Of a stretch of 64,000 bases of DNA, positions 8,872 through 17,936 are shown in pieces. The stretch covers positions 71,270-135,269 of the forward strand of contig CAYVTF010000002.1 in NCBI GenBank assembly GCA_964454565.1. Direction: 5' to 3'. Origin of the DNA: an uncultured Anaerolinea sp. GTDB taxonomy: Bacteria; Chloroflexota; Anaerolineae; Anaerolineales; Anaerolineaceae. Each line of letters begins with the position of its first letter. The first letter of the stretch is position 1. The notes beneath the pieces are model-generated. The model did not search any database, was not told the origin of the DNA, and saw only the letters and a list, made by a program, of their open reading frames with translations. The position numbers and the translations under genes are program-made.

Positions 8872-9953
8872 TGGGAGGAAACCTTCCCGTCTTTAACGAT
8901 ATAAATTGGATTGCTAAATACCCAACCACGATTTTTCCCGTAATAGGGAATGTACGCCTCCAAACGATAATACCCTGGCTCCGTAACGGTGTGCACCAGG
9001 CGATCTATCTTTGTGTGACTCAAGAAGCTGATTCCGTTGTGGATAAGGCGAATATTCGCCTTGCGTGGCAGGTGAACGCGAATTGTGGCTCCTCGCTCGA
9101 TTGATAAAGTTTCTCCCATGCTGACAGTCGCATCTTCGTTTTCAGCGGTGAAGGTGAAACCTCTGGTGGGAGCGGCGCGATCGAACCCGATGAAGCTATT
9201 TCCCCTCGAAAGTGCATGGTAGATCATTCGTTTATCCTCGTCGATCTCTCCGGTCAACGGGTTTTCGACGAGAAGATGATTGTTAATGCTGGAAAAATGG
9301 TATCCGTATGGGAAGATGGTTTTCTTGAAGAAACCCTTTCGATACTGCAACGCATGGGCATCTGACCCGGTTACTGCCACAACTTTTTTTCCTGTTTTCA
9401 GTAACTCGTCCCATTTATTGAAAGCCTGGGGTAAAGGACCGTGCGGGATGAGAGTTGGGAAAAAAGCGTAGAAGAGCACCTTTGGAAGTGACTGGGTAAC
9501 GGTCTTAAACTCACTAAATCCGTTCCATAATTCCAGACCAGTGAACCCCTGCACCTGCCAATCTACCCAGGAGATCGCGGTTTCACCGAACAGCGGCAAC
9601 GGATACTCATATGGATGGGCAATGAAGGTCAGCCCGTGGGCTTTGGCTGCTTGATCAATTAAAACCTGAGGATCAGGTGCATACTGAGAGACTTCGTGCT
9701 CACCGCCGATGACCAGTAAATGATTTTTCTGCGGTTCCCGGTCCTGGTGGTGTACTTCCTCACCCGCCAGGAGGAGCGTTTTTCTATCCCCATTCATGGA
9801 ATATCGTTCGACATTCTTGACGAGAATGTTGTGGTCGGTGATGATAACTACATCAACTCCGCTCGCTGATGCCTCCTGGAGAATGCTGGTGTAATTGCCT
9901 GAGCCATCAGAGTAAGTGGAATGTATGTGCAGATTACAAATGAGTTCGGTCAT
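8868..9953 (-). CDS. PHP-domain (CehA/McbA-type) metallohydrolase
   Basis: N-terminal NLHIHSTYSDGSG and ITDHN motifs of the PHP superfamily. Confidence 0.8.
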   Translation of the reverse strand: MTELICNLHIHSTYSDGSGNYTSILQEASASGVDVVIITDHNILVKNVERYSMNGDRKTLLLAGEEVHHQDREPQKNHLLVIGGEHEVSQYAPDPQVLIDQAAKAHGLTFIAHPYEYPLPLFGETAISWVDWQVQGFTGLELWNGFSEFKTVTQSLPKVLFYAFFPTLIPHGPLPQAFNKWDELLKTGKKVVAVTGSDAHALQYRKGFFKKTIFPYGYHFSSINNHLLVENPLTGEIDEDKRMIYHALSRGNSFIGFDRAAPTRGFTFTAENEDATVSMGETLSIERGATIRVHLPRKANIRLIHNGISFLSHTKIDRLVHTVTEPGYYRLEAYIPYYGKNRGWVFSNPIYIVKDGKVSSQ

Positions 9954-9957
9954 GAGG

Positions 9958-9987
9958 TTGACGATTTATGAGGATGGAAGGTATAAT
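9958..9987 (+). promoter_or_regulatory. putative sigma70-type promoter for secG
   Basis: TTGACG (9958-9963), 18-nt spacer, TATAAT (9982-9987). SD CAGGAGG and GTG start at 10019. Confidence 0.45.
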
Positions 9988-10018
9988 TTTCCGTTGCTGA
10001 AAATTCAGGAGGCCAAAC

Positions 10019-10249
10019 GTGAAACAATATATTGACATTGCGCTTATTATAACTTCAATAGCTTTGATAGCGAGTGTAATTTTGCAAAACAAGGGTATCG
10101 GCATGGGCGGGCTGACCGGAGTAGATAATGGAGGTTTTCTTTCTGCACGTCGTGGGATTGAAAAGACCCTGTTTTGGGTCACCATTGTGTTGAGTGCAGT
10201 GTTCTTCATCCTAACGATCACTTCTGTTCTCCTGCAAGATTTGGGTTAG
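10019..10249 (+). CDS. secG: preprotein translocase subunit SecG
   Basis: 76 aa with two TM segments and the typical SVILQ.KG.G.GG motif. GTG start. Confidence 0.85.
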   Translation: MKQYIDIALIITSIALIASVILQNKGIGMGGLTGVDNGGFLSARRGIEKTLFWVTIVLSAVFFILTITSVLLQDLG

Positions 10250-10280
10250 AAAAAGCCTTTCTTAGCCCCAATAATTCGAG

Positions 10281-10312
10281 GGCGGCTTTCCTTGAAACAA
10301 GGGAAAGTCGCC
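10281..10312 (+). terminator. intrinsic terminator after secG
   Basis: Imperfect ~12-bp stem GGCGGCTTTCC.../...GGGAAAGTCGCC followed by TTTATAATT. Confidence 0.5.
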
Positions 10313-10326
10313 TTTATAATTAGCAA

Positions 10327-12018
10327 ATGAAAAAATACCGATGGCAATTACTAATCCTGTTTATCACCGGCCTGGTGGTCGGCTTGCTGTTGTTTTTGGA
10401 AAGGCGCGGCGGACTGGGGGAAGTAAGCGCTCCGCAACCCGTACAAGGCGGTGTTTATACCGAAGCGCTGGTGGGGAATATTCAACGCCTCAATCCGCTT
10501 TTGGATGATACGAACAATGTAGATCGGGATATTAACAGCCTTGTTTATTCAGGCATCGTAAAATTCGATTCGCATGGACTGGCTCAACCTGACCTGGCAG
10601 AATCTGTTGGGGTATCCCAGGATGGTATTTTGTACAACATCCTACTCAAGGAAGGGTTAACATGGCATGACGGTCAGCCATTAACCACTGCTGATATCCT
10701 TTTCACTATTGAATTGATGATCGAAGGAAAAGAATACGTTCCTGAGGACGTCCAATCACTTTGGGATACCATTGATGTCAAAGCCTTTGATGACCTGAAT
10801 ATGCAATTCAAACTGCCAGAGGCATTTGCTCCATTCATGGATTACCTGGCATTTGGGATCCTTCCTGAACACATTTTTGGGGAGATGACCATCGAGCAAG
10901 TTGTCAATTCAACCATGAATATGCAACCCATCGGCAGCGGTCCATACAAGTTTTCTGAGCTGTTGATAGACAATGGCACAATCACTGGAATCAGTCTAAA
11001 AGCATACGAGAATTATTACGGCGAGAAGCCTTACTTGCAGGAAATCGTCTTCCGCTTTTTCCAGGACCAGGCATCTGCTTTCCAGGCCTACAAGGACGGA
11101 TACGTTCAGGGTATCAGCGAAGTTAGCTCAGAGTTGCTTGCTGAAGCGCTGAAAAGTAACGAACTCTCCATTTACACTGGCAGATTACCCGCCATTAGCC
11201 TGGTGATGTTCAATCAAAATGACCAGGGAGTTGCTTTTCTGCAGGATGTAAAAGTAAGGCAAGCTCTGTACATGGGATTAAATCGCACTGGTCTGGTGAA
11301 CGAAATCTTCAACGGACAGGCAATTGTTGCCAACAGCGTGATCCTGCCAGAAACCTGGGCATACAATGAAACCCTTCCGGCTGTGCCTTACGACCTGGAA
11401 CAGGCAAAATTGCTGCTCAAGCAGGCTGGTTACGTGGTCACGGGTGAGACCAACCCAATCCGGAAAAAAGAGGATGTCGAATTAAGATTCGTCCTTTCCT
11501 ATCCGGAGGACGAATTGCATGAGAAGATTGCCAAGTACATTGCCAGCGATTGGAAAAAACTCCAGGTCGAGGTTGTACTGGAACCAGTGCCGTCTGACCT
11601 GTTCCTGAGCGAGAAATTGGATTCGCGTGGATTCCAGGCTGCCCTGGTGGATATCAACCTCAGCCAGACACCGGACCCGGATCCCTATCCATTCTGGGAC
11701 CTCGGACAGGCAATCAACGGGCAAAACTACACCCAATGGAGCAATCGTTTTGCCAGTGATTCCCTGGAACAGGCGAGGGTAACCTCAGATATTACTGAAC
11801 GGACCCGGCTTTACCACAATTTCCAGGCGATCTTCGCTGAGGAACTCCCGGCGCTGCCGTTGTATTACCCGGTCTACAACTATGCTGTGGATAAACAGAT
11901 CCAGGGTGTCACGATGGGACCGTTGTTCGATTCCAGTGGTCGGTTTGCTTCGATCACCAAGTGGTTCATCACAGCCAGGGCTTCACAGGAAACCACCGCA
12001 ACCCCCTCGAGTGAATAA
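10327..12018 (+). CDS. ABC transporter substrate-binding protein, family 5 (peptide/nickel type), TM-anchored
   Basis: 563 aa with an N-terminal hydrophobic anchor. SBP_bac_5-like pattern (LTWHDGQPLTTADILFT, GSGPYKF). No permease or ATPase genes adjacent. Confidence 0.82.
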   Translation: MKKYRWQLLILFITGLVVGLLLFLERRGGLGEVSAPQPVQGGVYTEALVGNIQRLNPLLDDTNNVDRDINSLVYSGIVKFDSHGLAQPDLAESVGVSQDGILYNILLKEGLTWHDGQPLTTADILFTIELMIEGKEYVPEDVQSLWDTIDVKAFDDLNMQFKLPEAFAPFMDYLAFGILPEHIFGEMTIEQVVNSTMNMQPIGSGPYKFSELLIDNGTITGISLKAYENYYGEKPYLQEIVFRFFQDQASAFQAYKDGYVQGISEVSSELLAEALKSNELSIYTGRLPAISLVMFNQNDQGVAFLQDVKVRQALYMGLNRTGLVNEIFNGQAIVANSVILPETWAYNETLPAVPYDLEQAKLLLKQAGYVVTGETNPIRKKEDVELRFVLSYPEDELHEKIAKYIASDWKKLQVEVVLEPVPSDLFLSEKLDSRGFQAALVDINLSQTPDPDPYPFWDLGQAINGQNYTQWSNRFASDSLEQARVTSDITERTRLYHNFQAIFAEELPALPLYYPVYNYAVDKQIQGVTMGPLFDSSGRFASITKWFITARASQETTATPSSE

Positions 12019-12020
12019 AC

Positions 12021-12557
12021 ATGGTTGCAACCGGGCACAATGAAGATCAGGAGATTGTTCGTTCTTCGGCTTCAGAGCTGAACGAGTATCTTGATTCAGA
12101 GGTGCTTCTCTGGCGTCTCTCAAATACGCGATCGATGCTGACGCCTGGTAGCCTGTTGCTTGCCCTCGCCCGAACACAGCGTACAATGGACGAGCAAATT
12201 GTTCAATCCAGGGAATTGATTCTCTCCACCCTCTACAAGCGCAGAGTAGCATGGGGTAAGAAGATCCAGAAAGAAATCCCCATGAGAGTCAACCAATGGC
12301 AAATGCTAATGGAGGATTACAAGGACCAGGGACGGTTTGATGGGTCTTATGCCTACAACGTCAGGGTGCGGGTGATCCTTTCGCTATTGTTACAAGGTGT
12401 GGATTATGTCAACGCCGAACAATTGACAAAGGTACAAGTTCTTGACGATGTTCTTGGGGAAATGTCTACAGGCGGGGATTTCTTGTGGGACTCAGATCTG
12501 ATGGAGATATTCCCACAGGAAAGCTACCCCTATCTCTATTTGAGCGTGGCGAAATGA
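12021..12557 (+). CDS. hypothetical protein
   Basis: 178-aa ORF starting 2 nt after the SBP stop. No recognisable motif. Confidence 0.55.
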   Translation: MVATGHNEDQEIVRSSASELNEYLDSEVLLWRLSNTRSMLTPGSLLLALARTQRTMDEQIVQSRELILSTLYKRRVAWGKKIQKEIPMRVNQWQMLMEDYKDQGRFDGSYAYNVRVRVILSLLLQGVDYVNAEQLTKVQVLDDVLGEMSTGGDFLWDSDLMEIFPQESYPYLYLSVAK

Positions 12558-12566
12558 GGAAATCCG

Positions 12567-13121
12567 ATGAAGTTTTACACTGGTAAGGGTGACGATGGAA
12601 CCACCGGGCTGCTTGGCGAGGGGCGGGTGGAGAAATATGACCTGCGCATGGAGTGTTTGGGAACGCTGGATGAGCTTTCTGCATCACTCGGACTTGCCCG
12701 CAGCCTTATGTCTGACTCGCAGCATACCGGAACAATTGTAAAACTCCAGCGAGCCTTGTACACACTAATGGCAGAGGTGGCTGCCACCGGGGAAAACGTG
12801 GAGAAATTCTCAAAGATTTCGGATGATTCGGTTGCGGAACTCGAGGGGCTTATTGATCATCTGGCAATGGGCATGGATACACCCGGCGGTTTTATTATCC
12901 CGGGGGATCTACCGGCAAGTGCTGCGATTTCGGTATCACGCGCCATTACACGCCGGGCAGAACGGCGGGTGACAGAATTATTCAATCGCGGTGACATTCG
13001 CAATGCTGCCATTCTCAGGTATTTGAACCGGTTATCTTCATTTCTTTTCGTTTTGGAGATCAAATTGGTCCAGGAAGCACCAGGGGTTTCTCTCACCTTT
13101 GCCAGGGAAGATAAGCAATGA
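12567..13121 (+). CDS. PduO-type ATP:cob(I)alamin adenosyltransferase
   Basis: N-terminal YTGKGDDGTTGL signature and ~184 aa four-helix-bundle length. SD GAGGAA. Confidence 0.9.
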   Translation: MKFYTGKGDDGTTGLLGEGRVEKYDLRMECLGTLDELSASLGLARSLMSDSQHTGTIVKLQRALYTLMAEVAATGENVEKFSKISDDSVAELEGLIDHLAMGMDTPGGFIIPGDLPASAAISVSRAITRRAERRVTELFNRGDIRNAAILRYLNRLSSFLFVLEIKLVQEAPGVSLTFAREDKQ

Positions 13122-13822
13122 TAGGAACCCTGGTAAATGTTGCTGCGATCCATGTTGGAGGATTTCTCGGGTTGTTGTTGGGGTCTAAGATCAAGAAGCA
13201 ATTCAATCAAACCGTGATCAACGGGTTGGGATTGTTCACCTTTGCATACGCGATTTCACTTTTTCTGAAAACTGAAAATGCTTTGATCGTGCTTGGCAGC
13301 TTGTTAATTGGAATGCTACTTGGGGAGTGGTGGCGAATTGAGGACGGGTTGACCCAAATCGGAGTGAAACTTGAGGCGAAATTTAACCGGGGCGATGGTA
13401 GCGAGGACACAACTCGTTTCATAAAAGGGTTCCTCACCTCAACCCTCCTCTTTTGCATTGGTCCGATGGCAATACTCGGTTCAATCCAGGATGGACTGAC
13501 CGGGGACTACAACACGCTGCTGATCAAATCAGTTTTGGATGGGTTTGCCGCCCTGGCATTTGCATCAAGCCTGGGAGTGGGCGTGCTGTTTTCTGCGATT
13601 CCCGTGTTCCTGTACCAGGGTGGAATTACCCTGCTTGCAGAACAGGTGCAGAAGGTGGCGACGACCTCAATGATGAACGAGTTGAGCGCGACTGGCGGGG
13701 TCATTTTGGCCGGACTGGCGATCAGCAACATCCTGGAAATAAAGAAGATACGGACGGGCAGTTTTCTGCCAGCCTTACTGATCGCACCATTGCTTGTTTT
13801 TCTGCTTGGTTTATTAAAATAA
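13118..13822 (+). CDS. DUF554-family membrane protein
   Basis: 234-aa polytopic membrane protein (MIGTLVNV...GSIQDGLTGDY pattern). ATGA overlap with the upstream gene. Confidence 0.78.
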   Translation: MIGTLVNVAAIHVGGFLGLLLGSKIKKQFNQTVINGLGLFTFAYAISLFLKTENALIVLGSLLIGMLLGEWWRIEDGLTQIGVKLEAKFNRGDGSEDTTRFIKGFLTSTLLFCIGPMAILGSIQDGLTGDYNTLLIKSVLDGFAALAFASSLGVGVLFSAIPVFLYQGGITLLAEQVQKVATTSMMNELSATGGVILAGLAISNILEIKKIRTGSFLPALLIAPLLVFLLGLLK

Positions 13823-13849
13823 AATGCTCCGGTTTTTCACCGGAGCATT
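13823..13849. terminator. bidirectional intrinsic terminator (convergent DUF554 / DsbA-like genes)
   Basis: Stem AATGCTCCGGT/ACCGGAGCATT with loop TTTTC, flanked by an A-run and a T-rich tail. Confidence 0.7.
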
Positions 13850-13862
13850 GTCAGGTTTCTAT

Positions 13863-14591
13863 TTACTCACCAAGTGCAGCTTCAATTGCCGGGAGAAGTT
13901 CGTTTGCGTTTAACACCTTTCCGTCAACCAGGAAGGACGGTGTGAAGGTGGAACCAGAATTGGCTGCGAATTGGGAATCGTCAACCACCTGTTGGGCGTA
14001 TTTCTCGGAATCGAGGCACGAGGTAAAGGCATTAACGTCCATAGCTAATTTTTCCGCGAATTTGATCAGGTTTTCCCGGGCATAAACACCCAGGTTTTCG
14101 CCGTTGTGATTGGCAAATATGACGTCGCGATATTCCCAGAATTTGGTTTGTTCGTTTGCGCAATAAGCAGCTTCAGCGGCTTTACTGGATTCATCCCACG
14201 CCTGACCCTGTCCAAGAAAAGAGAATGAATTGTAGGTGAAATACACTTTACCAGTGTCAATGTACTGCTCAATTAGCGTTGGTTCGAGCTGAGACCAATA
14301 CGAAGCACAGGCGGGACATTGAAAATCAGCAAATTCGATGACTTTAACCTTGGCGTTGGGATCGCCCATGCTTAATCCATCACGCTGCTTAGCCATAGGT
14401 TTATTTGGAACCACAACTTCAATTGGAGTTGCATTCGAAGGTGTGGCTTCAGGCTTATTTTGTTTGCTCGTGGTCAGAATGATCATTCCCACAGCCACTA
14501 AGGCGAACGCGGCAATGATCAAGATTACTGTCAGGTTGCTGGATTTTTTCTGATTGCTTTTTCTACGCTTTGCTTCTTCTCTTTTTCCCAT
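13863..14591 (-). CDS. DsbA-family thioredoxin-fold oxidoreductase, membrane-anchored
   Basis: CPAC active-site motif (FADFQCPACASY) and an N-terminal basic region plus TM anchor. SD GGAGGAA. Confidence 0.85.
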   Translation of the reverse strand: MGKREEAKRRKSNQKKSSNLTVILIIAAFALVAVGMIILTTSKQNKPEATPSNATPIEVVVPNKPMAKQRDGLSMGDPNAKVKVIEFADFQCPACASYWSQLEPTLIEQYIDTGKVYFTYNSFSFLGQGQAWDESSKAAEAAYCANEQTKFWEYRDVIFANHNGENLGVYARENLIKFAEKLAMDVNAFTSCLDSEKYAQQVVDDSQFAANSGSTFTPSFLVDGKVLNANELLPAIEAALGE

Positions 14592-14654
14592 TCATTCCTC
14601 CAAATAATATCAGTGATTTTCTCATATTAGACAAGATTTGTCCAGTATTCACGA

Positions 14655-15500
14655 TCAACGATTGCGGAACGTGAAAACAGGGAAGGTCTCATCGGTCACA
14701 ATAAATCCAAGTTTCTTATAAAGTGATAATGAAGCAACATTGTTGCTCTGGGTATTCACAGTAATGTTCTGGATACCCCGCCTGGCGTAGTAGTCCAACA
14801 TGTATCTGACGAGTTCCAATCCGATGTGTTTGCGCGCTATGGTAGGGTCAACTGCCAACCGGGCCAGGTGTGCTGCGAAGTGGTTGGCTGTTGAGATTTC
14901 GTAACCAACTATTTTGCCATCCAGTTCTGCGACTGCCGCGTGTTCAGATTGCCGAAAAGCTAACTCGAGCATTTCCCGCGAAAGGACCCAAATGGGTTCA
15001 AATGCATGCGTGTCAACACGCGCCACTTCGTCCAGGTCTTCGAGTTCCAGAGGGCGGGTCAATACCTGTTCTTCACTTTGAAACTCCAACCTTGTTTTAC
15101 TTTCCCGTGTCAGAACCACAATGTCCTGGGTTTTGACAAATCCAAACTTGCCAACCAACTCATTAAACCATTCATACAAACCCACGGTGCAAAAAATATG
15201 GTTTGATAAAGCGCCATGGTTTGTGGCTGTTGTGAAGAGAGCGGAAAAATATTCTGCGGAGGTGGAATAGTGGTCAGCTGCGAAAATGTGAATCCAGGCG
15301 ATTCCCTCGGGGTCTGGGGCGCAGGAGAGGACTGAACAAAGCTGTTCTTGTGAGAATAGCAGCAAAAACGGCTCAAACTCAATCCAATCCAGCATAGGGC
15401 GCCAATCCAGGTGCCGGTGAACCAGGGCAGCTTTGCTTAAAAAAGATGCTACCAAGGAAATGTCGTTTTTTGTTGCCTGGCGGATCGTGATGTCGCTCAT
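14655..15500 (-). CDS. GNAT-family N-acetyltransferase (two-domain)
   Basis: C-terminal acetyl-CoA-binding pattern (RLAVDP...RKHIGLELVR..L........I.VNT...N..ALSLYKKLGF). Confidence 0.8.
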   Translation of the reverse strand: MSDITIRQATKNDISLVASFLSKAALVHRHLDWRPMLDWIEFEPFLLLFSQEQLCSVLSCAPDPEGIAWIHIFAADHYSTSAEYFSALFTTATNHGALSNHIFCTVGLYEWFNELVGKFGFVKTQDIVVLTRESKTRLEFQSEEQVLTRPLELEDLDEVARVDTHAFEPIWVLSREMLELAFRQSEHAAVAELDGKIVGYEISTANHFAAHLARLAVDPTIARKHIGLELVRYMLDYYARRGIQNITVNTQSNNVASLSLYKKLGFIVTDETFPVFTFRNR

Positions 15501-15540
15501 GATTGTGAAGTTATTCCGCTTTGGTTATCGATAAGCCAAT

Positions 15541-16242
15541 TTAATCACTCATTGAACCGGGTTGTTCATCGGCGAACATCAGACTCACTGCAAGCGCTTT
15601 GAGCGCAGAAGGGTCAATTTTGCTGATCGACTGGGCAACCTTAAGAAAGGGGATGTTGGCGGGCTCTTTTACGAATAATCGTAATTCATCCGGGAGCGCC
15701 GGTTCAATAATTTCTGGCTCCGGTTCTGGGGCTGGAGGATTCTCAGGGATTTGTTCTGTCTCTGAAAAGAAGCTTTCCATGGGGATATTCAGCTCTTTGC
15801 TGATCAGCTCCAAAGCCGGCAATGGCACCTGGGTCAGTCCGCTTTCGTATTGCTGTAATTGCTCAAGGTCTAATCCAAGTTTACCGGCAAGGGCAATTTC
15901 CTCCACACCCTGGTCCAACCTGGCGGTCTTCAGGAGCATGGCAATGATACGGTTGCGAACACCAACCAGGGCTGGCACTTTTGCCGGGTCCAGTTTTCGG
16001 TTCTGAACAGGTGTGTCCGTATCAGAGAGCATTTCCTTAAGCGGGACTCTGTAAAAGTCGGACAGAAGTTCCAATTGAGGGAGACCGGGAGAGGTTTCAC
16101 CCTGCTCGTACCTTAAGAGTTCATCGGGGGTGATCCCCAGGTAAGAAGCGGTCTTTACGATGGTTTTTTCACTGTTCTCCCGGCATGCAGCCAGCACCAT
16201 TCCCAATCTTTGCGCCCGGTTGAGGGAATCATTTCCGTTCAT
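15541..16242 (-). CDS. XRE-family helix-turn-helix protein (two HTH modules)
   Basis: Two Cro/C1-type HTH segments (ASYLGITPDELLRYEQGE; AGKLGLDLEQLQQYESG) and a Pro/Glu-rich linker. Confidence 0.72.
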   Translation of the reverse strand: MNGNDSLNRAQRLGMVLAACRENSEKTIVKTASYLGITPDELLRYEQGETSPGLPQLELLSDFYRVPLKEMLSDTDTPVQNRKLDPAKVPALVGVRNRIIAMLLKTARLDQGVEEIALAGKLGLDLEQLQQYESGLTQVPLPALELISKELNIPMESFFSETEQIPENPPAPEPEPEIIEPALPDELRLFVKEPANIPFLKVAQSISKIDPSALKALAVSLMFADEQPGSMSD

Positions 16243-16282
16243 GTGTCCTCCTGTCAGACTGCAGTTTTCAAAGATGGTTCGA

Positions 16283-17134
16283 TTAATCCAATAATACCTT
16301 AAGTAATGCGTTTAATTCTTCATCTGAATAGTAATGAATGGTAATGGTGCCGCCATTCTTTCCATGCTTCAGGTGCACGCGCGTGCCCAGTTTTTCCTGA
16401 AGCCTGTCTTCCATGTCTTTTGCGATAGAATCCACTGGAGTAGGGGGAATGGCTGGTGGTTTTTCGCCATTCAGTTTCCTCACCAGCTCTTCAGCCTGCC
16501 TCACGTTTAACTCTTTTGTCAGAATGGCATATAGCGCAGAAAGTTGGGACTGTTCAGTGGGTAATCCGAGCAGCGCCCTGGCGTGACCTTCGGAGATCTT
16601 GCCTGAGGAGAGGGCGTCTTTTACCTTGAACGGCAATTTCAGCAGCCGTAGTGTGTTTGTGACCGCGACCCGGCTCTTGCCCACACGGACGGCGATCTCA
16701 TCGTGTGAAAGATTGAACTCAGTGTCCAGGTGATGGTAAGCCTCCGCGGTTTCCAACGGCGACAGGTCGGCGCGCTGGATGTTCTCGATCAGAGCCAGTT
16801 CCAGGCGTTCCTGGTCGTTGACGGTGCGGATGATGATGGGAACTTTGTCCAGTCCGGCGATCCTGGCTGCCCTCAGGCGGCGCTCACCGGCAATGAGAGT
16901 GTACATGCCCGTAATGTGATCGTGCGTGACGATCAATGGTTGCAGGATGCCATGTTCGCGGATGGATGCCGCCAGCTCCTCCAGGTTCTCATCGGTCATG
17001 TTCACCCGCGGTTGGCGGGGATTGGGATTGATCATCGATATGGGTGCATAGGAATCTGCAGTAGGGTTGGAATTTGAAAATCCTCCCGGGATGAGAGCTT
17101 CCAGACCTTTTCCAAGTCCACTTTTGTGTGCCAT
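16283..17134 (-). CDS. parB: chromosome partitioning protein ParB/Spo0J
   Basis: ParB box motifs (NPNPRQPR, GILQPLIV, LIAGERRLRAA) and an HTH (EIAVRVGKSRVAVTNTLRLL). Confidence 0.93.
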   Translation of the reverse strand: MAHKSGLGKGLEALIPGGFSNSNPTADSYAPISMINPNPRQPRVNMTDENLEELAASIREHGILQPLIVTHDHITGMYTLIAGERRLRAARIAGLDKVPIIIRTVNDQERLELALIENIQRADLSPLETAEAYHHLDTEFNLSHDEIAVRVGKSRVAVTNTLRLLKLPFKVKDALSSGKISEGHARALLGLPTEQSQLSALYAILTKELNVRQAEELVRKLNGEKPPAIPPTPVDSIAKDMEDRLQEKLGTRVHLKHGKNGGTITIHYYSDEELNALLKVLLD

Positions 17135-17144
17135 AATTTCCTGC

Positions 17145-17936
17145 CTATGTTTCTAATGGGGGATAATTCACGCCATCCTGGTTGAGGATCTCGCTGGCCA
17201 GGGAAGAGTAAGCTTTTGCTGAAGCCGATTCAGGAGAATAATACGCGACCGGCAACCCGTAAGAAGGTGCTTCAGCCAGACGGACGGAACGCGGGATGAT
17301 GCTTTCAAAAACCAGGTTGGGGAAGAACTTGCGCACCTCCCTGGCGACATCTGTCGAGAGGTTGGTACGGCTGTCGAACATGGTCAAGAGGACGCCCCGA
17401 ATGCGCAGCTCGGGATACAGCGATGAGCGGATCTTGTTGAGGGTTTGGGTCAATTGTCCTATCCCTTCCAGCGCGAGGTATTCGCACTGCACCGGGATGA
17501 GAACCCCGTCGCGCGCTGCGCACAACCCGTTCACTGTCAGCAGGCTTAAGGACGGGGGACAATCGATGAGAACGTAATCATAGCGGTCGATCACTTGTTT
17601 CAAGGCATCCCGTAGGTGGAATTCGCGCTCGGGAGAATCGATCAACTCAATTTCAGCCCCAGCCAGGGAGGGTGAGGAGGGCAACAGGGAGATCTTCAAT
17701 TTCGGGTGGTGGAGGATGTTGGGGGCGATGGGCTCCGACCCAATGAGTATTTCGTAGGTGCTGGTTTTCACGGTGTACTTGTCTATCCCCAGGGAGGATG
17801 TGGCATTCGCCTGCGGGTCAAGATCCACAAGAAGGACTCTTTGACCATTCAAACCCAGGTACGCGCTCAGGTTGATGGCAGTGGTTGTTTTGCCAACCCC
17901 GCCTTTCTGGTTGACGAGCGTGTACACTTTTGTCAT
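17145..17936 (-). CDS. parA: chromosome partitioning ATPase ParA/Soj
   Basis: Deviant Walker A (NQKGGVGKTTT) and LVDLDPQANAT. ATGA overlap with the upstream PfkB gene. Confidence 0.93.
   Translation of the reverse strand: MTKVYTLVNQKGGVGKTTTAINLSAYLGLNGQRVLLVDLDPQANATSSLGIDKYTVKTSTYEILIGSEPIAPNILHHPKLKISLLPSSPSLAGAEIELIDSPEREFHLRDALKQVIDRYDYVLIDCPPSLSLLTVNGLCAARDGVLIPVQCEYLALEGIGQLTQTLNKIRSSLYPELRIRGVLLTMFDSRTNLSTDVAREVRKFFPNLVFESIIPRSVRLAEAPSYGLPVAYYSPESASAKAYSSLASEILNQDGVNYPPLET

Noticed and set aside
10011-10025. parS-like half sites (CGTGAAACA) here, at ~14680 and at ~29753
   Set aside because: Only the right half of the TGTTTCACGTGAAACA consensus is present and the left halves do not match. 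I could support no full parS in the window.
13453-14085. 210-aa + strand ORF spanning the DUF554 3' end, the terminator and the DsbA-like 3' end
   Set aside because: It runs through a strong intergenic terminator hairpin. It is out of frame with, or antisense to, two motif-supported genes.
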